Below are positions 42,101 to 49,383 of a stretch of 64,000 bases of DNA, piece after piece (position 1 is the stretch's first letter; each line of letters starts with the position of its first letter). The translations under genes and the position numbers were made by a program. The DNA is from a virus (taxonomy: Duplodnaviria; Caudoviricetes): positions 32,001 to 96,000 of the IMG/VR virus record IMGVR_UViG_2894625894_000003. One strand, written 5' to 3'. The notes beneath the pieces are model-generated. The model worked only from the letters and a program-made list of their open reading frames with translations. It searched no databases and was not told the DNA's origin.

Positions 42101-42171
42101 GAAGGCATACCCGTTAGGGGGGCTGTAAACTCTGTTGGTAAAATCTCGGAACTAGCCGGTGTGGGATTCAT
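36190..42171 (-). CDS. Giant virion (ejected cargo) protein 1
   Basis: 1993 aa upstream of vRNAP; Gly/Ala-rich hydrophobic segments near N-terminus, GEASLEG motif, long coiled coils. Confidence 0.85.
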   Translation of the reverse strand: MNPTPASSEILPTEFTAPLTGMPSPGMEPPGGPDIAAQDWQDPKPQPAPSWHEPTLSDPAAPSVLTDTDRSNLMTQGLMNWVKGQNDEWQKDPVNAQAIAVRADPMSEAEVEETNRLHQNGFDFLRGRDNEAYANARQGFWGQLWNDTTMVGVNTLGTVGAWSVSLPTLIKTTKDLLAGNIHGLDAFTESMRGDEGSALRNINDWMTRIDESHQNFQSDWARQHPNLNLVPFMGEGGNDFGSLARSFGFLAGGLTTGLIETALLSAAAPLTEGASLGILAASWTNRLAKLTKGLSTVERSLTYLDDAYQAAKQAGRGDKLLLGASAVWNGIDTPIGLRVGAKPLLHSFLQANGEASLEGYQAERELYQQLLRDYRQRTGTQPDADQKAKFREAAKQAGNATFLLNHALLGVTNTFQLGTILKNFPQAQRLFGQADDLYRLQQKAGNPAQLDVVPNKPTLITFGANEKWYEKAFGKVATFARNEGKELLIGNSSEMLEEQFQKAISEGSQHYYQLQQSGVSKKDTDLALEAALHGLQQAFGTREGWTEGLGGLIVGRIGGGVSKYVVDRLNGPEQKARFEEIARQFNLSPVAVQEAARMLLERQSLGNSLDQKAQQAQASMNLTTLQKDAALLSDQFVFQNLKNSAQFHFLLPFVKQGSGDLIREQFKTWNETINQRPEEFTQAFGLGDAGSFSKEQLSGLVQGMDQTLRTLEKAQDRLSGLYKNPYRLTADASAEQQTLYRQWEDYYNEMLHAEFIRKAYTDRRQSLGQAISGSGSGLTMEDLTQLITPEGWRSRRVELAREKKTIEQTIDQERKALDLQQQASRPVAPENPDASHGVKVRQHAEETDRLTRELEADLLDRFEDRLKEIDQQQTWIEELESADFPLDKAVSTARQVLATSEFNVNLEDNEQTKGLLQQAHDAQALEAALKTLADRSDKLKSQRGFTDFVAQTEDFQRQKEVLEKAQQTARRAAQRQSLHDHISGVFANETERKAVLGNDLSDLIDTYLPQFQADEGATRTQLTTELTRQRDEHRRQQTERKQFLDDLLTDLKADNGIIARQSLDPGYVKLERKLKTVAAQENYRDAFTIFALVKEQYEAELPLPQPAPVAAPSPGPVTTMPTTPTRDPLAEEGGIVNQVWDQFVDTGKLPTASQEPILRELTAALKSGRQLSDRQQEIYQAYSDQIEAQLQAEAIRDQAGSSIDPYVEVPTSAPVEERPATNKTIMSDQVESLADKLGLDKDYLAELATAALQGPVSADRVEALLNDLANNKIRRSAELDAALAGTSDTFKRLLLTFWDQGVLTPYLAGLVQVQRQGITAKPPTPPKAPTPPLDRTLRGDEGSVASKYLESVLWDEWDANLGRQGDPKFTNIAGAIQTKNWDLLDRMSAWLMAKAKFARLWRVPADTVADKRAILSNVSWAIQAPTPVRTASELKGDPGLARRTPGRLLTARLDNQLVLSIPLDHSLELSERARGFLQTRLPASHPLQPRLGQSNILINELVESGLLTQDVYNALLETDPQTGRPWLGFRQSLQEWLTIHWQYESLRSTLANLLLEQAVNQPLTEGMLNSLLSRLEVSENPHGLMPLDRPGPGGLQPISSLVHTDLVLDSPGGAIRGPVVVHLQGDARSPIVDTYGSFLSTLVEAPLDQQPRTRIRKAVQAYFQDNTTSKPHLGYHVLVTTPGGKLLFLPVESPYADEQLTQALSQNPQLINLTDYFVAASGAPQTGISDLHLVLDTVKDKPVLRLTYKHNGEQYYSDKYVSASQVGKPGELNRLLTATANGTFHAGQDSSRKQTLELGEISVRQGGLKLDETILSRSVRIASPVVFMYNNLTTRLRVNSELDTHNPLGEDRVVVALPPKPETSQQIAEEVAIDIPVEKLENELANELKDLGLSEKIRTFVLATHGVSGGINPQTGQPYPSLIFTGGPMLKADPAAVAEINELDPQLNPEHRALLTDPASGLFSRTDSVPVTHVTLSPVELAQRVEALIRHCH

Positions 42172-44840
42172 CGGGAAATATTTTGTAGTCGGAACTGATC
42201 AAAGTAGCGGTGTAGGTCAGCTACGGTCGGAATATAGTTAGGGTCCTTGCCCCCATAGAGGGCCTTTAGTTGTTGTTGGAGTTGGACAGCTAGAGCATCT
42301 AATCCGTTTCGACACCATCCGGTTGGATCAGATTGAAACTTATCAATACTTGTAAACTGGGTTGGGACCTGATAATCGTGGTCTCCAAATCGATAAGTAA
42401 GGCCGTACGAGCCATCTCTATTTTTTGTCGGAGAAACAGCTATTGCTAATCCCTGACTGGGAGTATAAAGATGCCGGGTATTACCAATCATTAAATTTCC
42501 CTGTCTATCCAATCTTTCTTTGAAAGGGTCGGGGGCCGCCTGGGCAGCTTTCAGAAGCCGCTGATCAACCATTCGGCCAAATTCCGAGGAGTTGCCGTAA
42601 TCCAGTCGAACCGTTTCTTCCAGGGCTTCTTTACCCGACCCTGTCTTGAGCCGGACATCGACCTGCCGGCTGCCGGGCAAAAACGTAACCCCCACCATTT
42701 CCACGGGCTGCCCTGAGCTCCACTTATCCAACAGTTCTTTCTGCTCGGAGCGGGTGTTACCCGCTGGGGCTATGCTGCCGTTACGAACCCGGTAGAGCAG
42801 GGCCTGGTGGATTTCATTGTCGGTTTTGAGGTAATCCCCTCCGGCAACCAGTCCGTGCTGAACATAGCCCCGTTTGGAAAGCTCCTCGCCCACCGCCTGC
42901 TGAGCGGCCAGGTGGCGGGCTTTAAGGGCATTATAGCGTTGCATGGGTTCATTGAAACTTTCATCCATACCCCGGAACAGAGCCGGGTTCTCAGCTATCT
43001 GTTTATCCATCATCGCCATAAACGCCCGGTCGTCGGCCGAAAGCGGATTACGGCGGTCCACGTCAGCCCGGATCTGTTTGATTTCCTCCCGCTGGAGTTT
43101 CAATAGAGCGGCCCGTTCGGTTAGATCCTGGTACTGACGACGTAATTCGGGATTGAGCCTTTTTAAGAATTCAGGGTTGGTTTTGCCGTGCTGAACGTAC
43201 TGGTTATAGTCGTTTTGCCAATCGACAATCAACCGGGCAATGGCTGGGGGTACGCCTTCAGCCTGGGTATTACGAATCTGTCCATCGCCGTAATAGTTGA
43301 CCTTCATTTCCCGGGCCATCTTATCGGCTAGGTCGGCATTACCCGCCCAGCGGACAATACCCACGGCCATATCCCGGACGGCAGCATCCTGGGTGCGGGC
43401 CTGGTTATCCAGATCCGCCTGCACTGATTCCAGGGTAGGATTGGTCAGAGCACCGGGTTGAACGGGCAGATCCACCACAAATAAATCGTTGCCTTCCCCG
43501 GCCCCATACGAGCCGTCTTTCTTTTTGGAGAGACCAACCTGGGCGGCCCGGGTGGCCAGCTCTCGTTCCTTCAACTCAAACTCCCGCTGTTTGTCCGAGC
43601 GGTCGGCCCCGAACTGAGTCTTTTTCCAAAACTCATCTGAGTTGAATTCGTCCTGCCAGCTCTGGCGTTCCCAGTCGAATTTCTGAACAGCCAGGTTATG
43701 GGCCTGAGCGGCAATGAAGGTTGGATCCGATCGGACTTTGCTGGCATCGAATACGTATCGACCCGCCAGATGATTGAGGTAGTTTTCGGTAAAGGAATTG
43801 ACCGCCATCGTTTCAGGATCCATTGAGGGCAGGGCCGTCAGGGTTCGCTGTTTGGCCTCGATCAGGTTTCGCTGATAAGTCAGGGCATTGTCCCGTTCGG
43901 CTGTCAGCTGGGCTTTCTCTTCGGCCGAGGAAGCTCGGGCCAGCCGGGCGGCCCATTCAGCCTGGTTGGCTTGCAGTACCTGGTTGTCGGTGGATAGCTG
44001 GGCCGTCAACTGCCGGCTGTATTCCGCTCGGTATGCATCGGGATTGGCCAGAATACCCTGCCCTTTATAACGGGCATCGACGCCAACCTGCCGGCTGAAT
44101 CGGGGATCCATAGCCAGTCGGGTGCGGGCGATCTGCTGAACCTGATCGTAGGTCAGCTTCCGGTTCTCGGTGATGTAGCCGTTCACGACGGTCGTATCGT
44201 TTGGTGCGGCCAGGATACGTTTGGTTACCGCATCGAGCTCCTTACTGAATTCGGCATCGTAGTTAAAATAGGGGTTGGCCGACTTATCCCCTCTGTAGGA
44301 GGCCGTGGGAGTTCGGTCATTGATATAGGAGTTGACCTGCCGTTGGAAATCCCATTCGTTCTGGGGGGCGTACTGCCCTCCGAATTTTTTGGGATCTTTC
44401 TGCCACTCTTTGAATTGATTCTGTACACCCCGGATTACGGCTGTATCGGCCATAGCCCCTACAATCCGTTCATCCTGGTCGAGGCTATTGGTAATCTGAC
44501 CAATCTGAGCCAGCACATTATGGTCGGCAAAGTTAGCGCCAGCCAGCTTATCGACCTGTGATTCCAGATCAGCTTTTCGCTGCAGGTAATAAGCCCGGTG
44601 TTCGGGGTGGAGAATATCCCGCTTCCCCATGTTCTGAAGCATGGTCTCAGCCTGCATCACACCCCGATCGAATTGTTGCTGGGAGTAAGCCAGCCCCTTA
44701 AAGGCCACTGAGGGGTCTAAGGGTGTAATATAGTCTGAAGGCTCCAGGGCCTTGGAAACGTACGAAACAGCCATATACTGGGAAACCGGTAGTAGAGGTA
44801 CCGGCGGGTAGGTAGGAGATGACGGTAAAATTACAGCCAT
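42168..44840 (-). CDS. Virion cargo protein
   Basis: 890 aa, Gln-rich helical; Y..P......LAYSQQQFD N-terminal motif; alternative start 44774. Confidence 0.8.
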   Translation of the reverse strand: MAVILPSSPTYPPVPLLPVSQYMAVSYVSKALEPSDYITPLDPSVAFKGLAYSQQQFDRGVMQAETMLQNMGKRDILHPEHRAYYLQRKADLESQVDKLAGANFADHNVLAQIGQITNSLDQDERIVGAMADTAVIRGVQNQFKEWQKDPKKFGGQYAPQNEWDFQRQVNSYINDRTPTASYRGDKSANPYFNYDAEFSKELDAVTKRILAAPNDTTVVNGYITENRKLTYDQVQQIARTRLAMDPRFSRQVGVDARYKGQGILANPDAYRAEYSRQLTAQLSTDNQVLQANQAEWAARLARASSAEEKAQLTAERDNALTYQRNLIEAKQRTLTALPSMDPETMAVNSFTENYLNHLAGRYVFDASKVRSDPTFIAAQAHNLAVQKFDWERQSWQDEFNSDEFWKKTQFGADRSDKQREFELKERELATRAAQVGLSKKKDGSYGAGEGNDLFVVDLPVQPGALTNPTLESVQADLDNQARTQDAAVRDMAVGIVRWAGNADLADKMAREMKVNYYGDGQIRNTQAEGVPPAIARLIVDWQNDYNQYVQHGKTNPEFLKRLNPELRRQYQDLTERAALLKLQREEIKQIRADVDRRNPLSADDRAFMAMMDKQIAENPALFRGMDESFNEPMQRYNALKARHLAAQQAVGEELSKRGYVQHGLVAGGDYLKTDNEIHQALLYRVRNGSIAPAGNTRSEQKELLDKWSSGQPVEMVGVTFLPGSRQVDVRLKTGSGKEALEETVRLDYGNSSEFGRMVDQRLLKAAQAAPDPFKERLDRQGNLMIGNTRHLYTPSQGLAIAVSPTKNRDGSYGLTYRFGDHDYQVPTQFTSIDKFQSDPTGWCRNGLDALAVQLQQQLKALYGGKDPNYIPTVADLHRYFDQFRLQNISR

Positions 44841-45025
44841 TTTCTAGCACCTCAAACAGTTTACCCACTATTACCGATCTTTACTACCGTATATTAGGTA
44901 TAACTATTTTTTCCAGTTTATTTGGTTGTTTTCATTTTTTAGCCAATATTTCGAACCTATAGCCAGTAACAGCCCGTCTCAACTGCCTGTGCTGGACAAA
45001 AGACCCTTTATATTTATTTACACCC

Positions 45026-45976
45026 TTGGTAGCGACCAATACAAATCCTCCCTCGCAAAGCCCCAAAGGCTTACACAAAGATGCCCAGCAACGGCTGGAC
45101 AATATACTGACCCGACTCCGAAGCCTGCTGGGCGATGGTCAGTGGCATAAGATCCCCCGGGCCGATTTTGCCAAAACCTACGGAACCGATCACCGGGTAT
45201 TGTCCGTACTGGTGGACTCAAAAGCCCTGGAACAGAAAAAAGAAGGTAATGTACTCTACTACCGTCGTCGTTCGGGACTCGCCCAGATGCAGGTAACTGT
45301 GCTGCATTCCTTGATGGCGGCCCGGCGGGCTAAGGACAAAGCAATCCAGGTTGGTACGACATACCATACGACGACGGCAACAGACATGACCTCGGCAGGA
45401 ACCCCAACGGCCCCCGAGCAGATGATCACCCACAGACAGGCTGGTTCGTTAAACATGGCAATTCTCCAGCGATTTAGTTTGCAGACCGGTTTGTCAGGAG
45501 CTGCCCTTAAACAGGCCTATCTGAATTTACCGCTGGAAGATGCCCTTGAAAAACTTCCTCAAGAACGTCCCGAAATCAAACTAAATCCACCGGAAACGAT
45601 TATTCGGCTTTCCAATCCAATGCTGGAAGCAGCTAACGAGGTCCCTGTGGTCCCGCTGCCGGTTGTGGCCCCTACTCCCAAGTTAACCCCGGTATCACAT
45701 GCGTTACCAAGCCATCCACTATGCGGGGAGATTCGCCGGTTGTTGGGTCAACAGGAAACATTACGTGATCTCAATAAGCAACGGCAGGAGCTGGACAAAC
45801 AGATTGCTGCTCAGCAGGAACTTATCCAAAAATCCATAGAAGGGTTTTATTATGTCAACAGGCGGCTGGAGCACCACCGGTTTGTCTATCAGGACACCAA
45901 CCACGGGTCGTTTCTGGTGACAACGTCCCCGGATAAAACCCTGGATGTACGACGCATCCTGGTGGAGGTAGCTTAA
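45026..45976 (+). CDS. Putative DNA-binding protein (winged-helix-like N-terminus, coiled-coil C-terminus)
   Basis: 316 aa; RADFAKTYGTDHRVLSVLVDSKALEQKKEGNVLYYR; start uncertain (TTG). Confidence 0.6.
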   Translation: MVATNTNPPSQSPKGLHKDAQQRLDNILTRLRSLLGDGQWHKIPRADFAKTYGTDHRVLSVLVDSKALEQKKEGNVLYYRRRSGLAQMQVTVLHSLMAARRAKDKAIQVGTTYHTTTATDMTSAGTPTAPEQMITHRQAGSLNMAILQRFSLQTGLSGAALKQAYLNLPLEDALEKLPQERPEIKLNPPETIIRLSNPMLEAANEVPVVPLPVVAPTPKLTPVSHALPSHPLCGEIRRLLGQQETLRDLNKQRQELDKQIAAQQELIQKSIEGFYYVNRRLEHHRFVYQDTNHGSFLVTTSPDKTLDVRRILVEVA

Positions 45977-45996
45977 CGAGTAACCACCTTATAATC

Positions 45997-46028
45997 AAAA
46001 GCCCTCTGGAGATACCGGAGGGCTTTTT
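45997..46028. terminator. Intrinsic terminator, probably bidirectional
   Basis: aaaagccctctgg / ccggagggcttttt. Confidence 0.8.
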
Positions 46029-46073
46029 GTTTATCCGGAATATTTAATTATTTTGCCCAAATTAAACCGATTT

Positions 46074-46541
46074 ATGAATTTTCCTGTTTACCCCGTGGAT
46101 GCGTCGGAAGATCGTATGCTCTTCCGATTTTATAGTGAGGGGCCAAAGGGAATAATTGAAAAACGGGTACAGTTTGAAAAATATCCCTGGAAAACCTGGT
46201 ACAATTTAATACTTGGTGATGTTGATGATAAAGGCCAATTGAAATTTGAAGTGAGCGGTAATGAGGACATGAAAGTTATAATGGCCACAGTGGCTTATAT
46301 AATTGACAAGTTCTTATCAAAATACCCAGACCGTGTCGTTATTTTACAAGGGACTGACACTCGGCGTATACTCCTTTATGGACGCATTATCAGAGAACAC
46401 ATGCTGGACTTTTTTCCAGGTTATACATTCCACGGATTGATTGACGCTTCCACCCTTCTTCATCCAATTCTCCTTCACCCAAAAGATCCCAATATCGCTT
46501 TTTGTGAAATGTTTACTGTTCAGAAAACGTTTAACAAGTAG
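46074..46541 (+). CDS. DUF6934-like protein, copy A
   Basis: FRFYSEGPKG.IEK.VQF, YNL.LGD, N.D...IMATV, YP....I..G....R..LY; ATG 46074 by alignment to copy B. Confidence 0.8.
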   Translation: MNFPVYPVDASEDRMLFRFYSEGPKGIIEKRVQFEKYPWKTWYNLILGDVDDKGQLKFEVSGNEDMKVIMATVAYIIDKFLSKYPDRVVILQGTDTRRILLYGRIIREHMLDFFPGYTFHGLIDASTLLHPILLHPKDPNIAFCEMFTVQKTFNK

Positions 46542-46543
46542 AA

Positions 46544-47095
46544 ATGGCCACAAACTCAAAACATAATATAAAAGGGAAAAGACCAGTAGTAGGTGGGCAG
46601 ATCAATACGGTGGACGATTTAAAACCATTTCCAGCTGATCATCCAGTTATTGCTGCAAAAATGGAAAGGGTTACCCGGATTATAACCAATATGCCCTCTC
46701 AAATAACTCACCTTCCCTTTCCTTCTAATAAGACATATGGAAGAGTATATCCTGGCCGAGAGGCCCGTATACAGAGCCATCCACACGATCTTACTGAGGA
46801 GTTTTACTACGTCGCAGTTCCGGCTAACCGGGACTATTCAACATGGGCTGCAAGTTTCTTTAAAAATTGGGCAGCCGTAAATGACTATAAATCAGCCGCC
46901 TTTGTAGCCTATTCAAAAGCAATGATTATTCGGACAGTGCATACCGGCAAGATTATTACTACTGTTCTTGAAGAAGCACCAGATTTAGACAAGTTTGAGA
47001 CTATTTCACCATTTGTGGCCCCTTCCCCTCAAATTTCGATAAAAATTGAAGAGGTGCTCGCCATTCTCAAACAGCTTCGAGGGAAAATTTTATAA
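46544..47095 (+). CDS. Partner protein A (hypothetical)
   Basis: 2 nt after copy A; LKPFPADHPVIAAK motif. Confidence 0.75.
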   Translation: MATNSKHNIKGKRPVVGGQINTVDDLKPFPADHPVIAAKMERVTRIITNMPSQITHLPFPSNKTYGRVYPGREARIQSHPHDLTEEFYYVAVPANRDYSTWAASFFKNWAAVNDYKSAAFVAYSKAMIIRTVHTGKIITTVLEEAPDLDKFETISPFVAPSPQISIKIEEVLAILKQLRGKIL

Positions 47096-47118
47096 GGCTG
47101 TGACAGTACCAATGAAAA

Positions 47119-47155
47119 AATTACCCATTCCGGAACGTTACTGGAATGGGTAATT
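47119..47155. repeat. Long hairpin (AATTACCC...GGGTAATT type)
   Basis: aattacccattccgg / ctggaatgggtaatt, 15 bp with one G-T. Confidence 0.8.
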
Positions 47156-47208
47156 AGTTTTTTGGGAAACCGGAATGTTTGATTATTTTTCCCCAATCAA
47201 ACTGAATT

Positions 47209-47721
47209 ATGGATTTACCCGTTTATTATGTAAAGGAGTCCTCGGATCATACCTATTTCGAATTTGATAGTGTTGGAAAAAGGGGGACAATCCGCAAGTA
47301 TGTTCAGTTTAAACAATATGTGGACAAACAAGGTGATCTTTGGAACGATCATTTTTACTTAACCCTAGGGGATATCGTTGATAAAAAACATATAGTAAAT
47401 CGTATATCGGATAATGGGGATATAATAATGGTGATGGCAACTGTTACCAGAATTATTCAGTATTACTTGACGACTTATCCAGATAGAATAGTAGTTTTCG
47501 AAGGCATCCCGGATCCGGAAACTAATATTAATCAAAGGAACCACCTCTATAGTAGAATCCTCTACCGACACATTGAAGAATTTAATTTTCTTAAAATAAT
47601 TGCTCGAATTGGGGGTGAACAAACTGGCAAATACTTTGAGTTAACCCCTTTTATGACCTCAACTTTTGACATCCCCGAGTACGAAATATTCTTTATATCC
47701 AACAAAACGGCAATTCGATAA
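47209..47721 (+). CDS. DUF6934-like protein, copy B
   Basis: FEFDSVGKRG.IRK.VQF, LTLGD, SDNGD...VMATV, YPDR..VFEG...R..LY. Confidence 0.8.
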   Translation: MDLPVYYVKESSDHTYFEFDSVGKRGTIRKYVQFKQYVDKQGDLWNDHFYLTLGDIVDKKHIVNRISDNGDIIMVMATVTRIIQYYLTTYPDRIVVFEGIPDPETNINQRNHLYSRILYRHIEEFNFLKIIARIGGEQTGKYFELTPFMTSTFDIPEYEIFFISNKTAIR

Positions 47722-47732
47722 AATACGGAACG

Positions 47733-48077
47733 ATGGCTAAGCATACAACCTATAATGCACCGGATGATTCAGTATTCTCAATTGATCCGAATCTCAAACC
47801 GTTACCGGATGATCATCCAGTCATTATCCAGAAACAAGAAGAATACCATATACTGGTAGGAAATATAGAACCAAACCTTAGCAAGGTTAGAAGTGACATT
47901 CAAGTAATAAACGAAAAAGATTTTAGAAAAGATACAGCCATATGGTTAAATCAAGACCGTCCAGATAACAAACGTAGCTTTGGAAGACTCAAACTAGTAA
48001 TAGGTCTTATGGAGGAAACATCTGTAGGCCTTGTTCAACTACTTAAATTACTATTTCACAACCGCTTAAAACCTTAA
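47733..48077 (+). CDS. Partner protein B (hypothetical)
   Basis: 11 nt after copy B; LKPLPDDHPVIIQK motif. Confidence 0.7.
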   Translation: MAKHTTYNAPDDSVFSIDPNLKPLPDDHPVIIQKQEEYHILVGNIEPNLSKVRSDIQVINEKDFRKDTAIWLNQDRPDNKRSFGRLKLVIGLMEETSVGLVQLLKLLFHNRLKP

Positions 48078-48175
48078 TACCAGTCTATTCTGATTACCTA
48101 ACTTTAACATAGAACTCCGAATAAGTTTCAATATAATCTCAATAAGACAATTACTAATAGATTAAATTTCATTTA

Positions 48176-48205
48176 AAGGCCTCCTGAACCCCAGGGGGCT
48201 TTTTT
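48176..48205. terminator. Intrinsic terminator
   Basis: aaaggcctcctg / cagggggctttttt. Confidence 0.7.
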
Positions 48206-48288
48206 ATTGCCATGCCAGTTGGATACCGACTGGATCTCCGATTACCAGAGATACTCTGGATGTCATTCATTTCCTTCACAATACATCC

Positions 48289-48684
48289 ATGAAAACGGTA
48301 CTTCAACACGCTTACCAAAATCGTTCAACTACGTATACAAACACTTCAACCAACAGTCGGTACCTTGAACTACTTGAAGAACTAGTCCGGATGGAGAAAG
48401 CCCGGATGAAGCTTAATGCGGACTGCACCGAGTATCTGATCTCAACAATTGGACTTGATTTGGGTATAGCGGCTAAAACACTGAATCTGATGCTACATAA
48501 AGCTGGAGTCCTCCGAATGACTCGGGCCGGCTGGGTGTTAACCGGTGATTACCAGGATGCGGGTTATGCCTTCTATAAGATACCGCCGGTCCAAACCAAA
48601 TCAGCTAAGACTCGGCATACCATCATGTGGACAGAAAAAGGTCGGGCACTGGTTACCAGCATTGCCCGGCAGACACGCCGATAA
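48289..48684 (+). CDS. Phage antirepressor KilAC-domain protein
   Basis: STIGLDLGIAAKTLN..L...GV......W.L...Y...GY...WTEKGR. Confidence 0.8.
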   Translation: MKTVLQHAYQNRSTTYTNTSTNSRYLELLEELVRMEKARMKLNADCTEYLISTIGLDLGIAAKTLNLMLHKAGVLRMTRAGWVLTGDYQDAGYAFYKIPPVQTKSAKTRHTIMWTEKGRALVTSIARQTRR

Positions 48685-48687
48685 ATA

Positions 48688-48728
48688 AAATTACCCTACT
48701 CTGGTATACAGCCGGAGTAGGGTAATTT
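48688..48728. repeat. Long hairpin (AATTACCC...GGGTAATT type)
   Basis: aaattaccctactctgg / ccggagtagggtaattt, 17 bp with one G-T. Confidence 0.8.
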
Positions 48729-48730
48729 GT

Positions 48731-48738
48731 TATGTTTG
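48731..48738 (+). promoter_or_regulatory. Possible Bacteroidota -7 promoter element
   Basis: TATGTTTG 4 nt upstream of ATG 48743; would imply a near-leaderless transcript. Confidence 0.4.
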
Positions 48739-48742
48739 GAGG

Positions 48743-48937
48743 ATGAGAAATATACCCGCACCCTCCTATGGATTTTTTCTATTATTGGTATCCGGCATAT
48801 TTTTAATTATTGAATGTATTAGAAAGCCCAGAGTTCTTTCGGATCTCATCGAAATAGTTTTGTTTTTCGTTGGAATACCGGTTGCATTTATACTATTTTC
48901 CTGGGTCAGTGATTTCTTTAAATCTGACAAAAAATGA
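48743..48937 (+). CDS. Small membrane protein (2 TM)
   Basis: Two hydrophobic stretches; ATGA overlap with next gene. Confidence 0.65.
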   Translation: MRNIPAPSYGFFLLLVSGIFLIIECIRKPRVLSDLIEIVLFFVGIPVAFILFSWVSDFFKSDKK

Positions 48938-49383
48938 GATTACCCCTCCTCCCTTTTTTATTTTTATGCTTGGGGCCGGTCCCTTTAACCTACGGTCAGG
49001 CATCATATTTGTCTAAACCACTAACCTCAACTCATTACATCTCACCAGTAAGTCCGGTTGTGACATATGGAAGTCTCTATGCTCGCCAGGCGCAATATGA
49101 TGAAGGTAGAAATAAGGTTCAACAGAAAATTAACACGATCTTAGAAGCAATTGAGGACTTGTCTATTACCAAACCTAATGGGGCAAAAGCATCTCATTTA
49201 ACCCTACAGGTCTTTATAGACAGGATAAATGAAAAGGATCCAGATTATAGTAATCCAGATGTAATTAAGCCGTGGCTGGACTATCTAACCCAAGTACGAG
49301 AGTTGGTCCGTAATTATCATCGGAAGCCTGATTTGACAAATCAGGAATTAGCCGAAGTGTATAAACTAATTGAGGCCCAGTAA
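48934..49383 (+). CDS. Exported helical protein
   Basis: N-terminus MRLPLLPFLFLCLGPVPLTYG-Q; contains LYARQAQYDE. Confidence 0.7.
   Translation: MRLPLLPFLFLCLGPVPLTYGQASYLSKPLTSTHYISPVSPVVTYGSLYARQAQYDEGRNKVQQKINTILEAIEDLSITKPNGAKASHLTLQVFIDRINEKDPDYSNPDVIKPWLDYLTQVRELVRNYHRKPDLTNQELAEVYKLIEAQ

Noticed and set aside
48078-48288. tRNA, structured ncRNA or LexA box in the largest island gap
   Set aside because: No cloverleaf; only a terminator and two short palindromes; the nearest GGA-N5-TCC-like site has a mismatch
45997-48728. CRISPR array or true integron
   Set aside because: Hairpins are few, non-identical and separated by whole genes; no cas or integron integrase present
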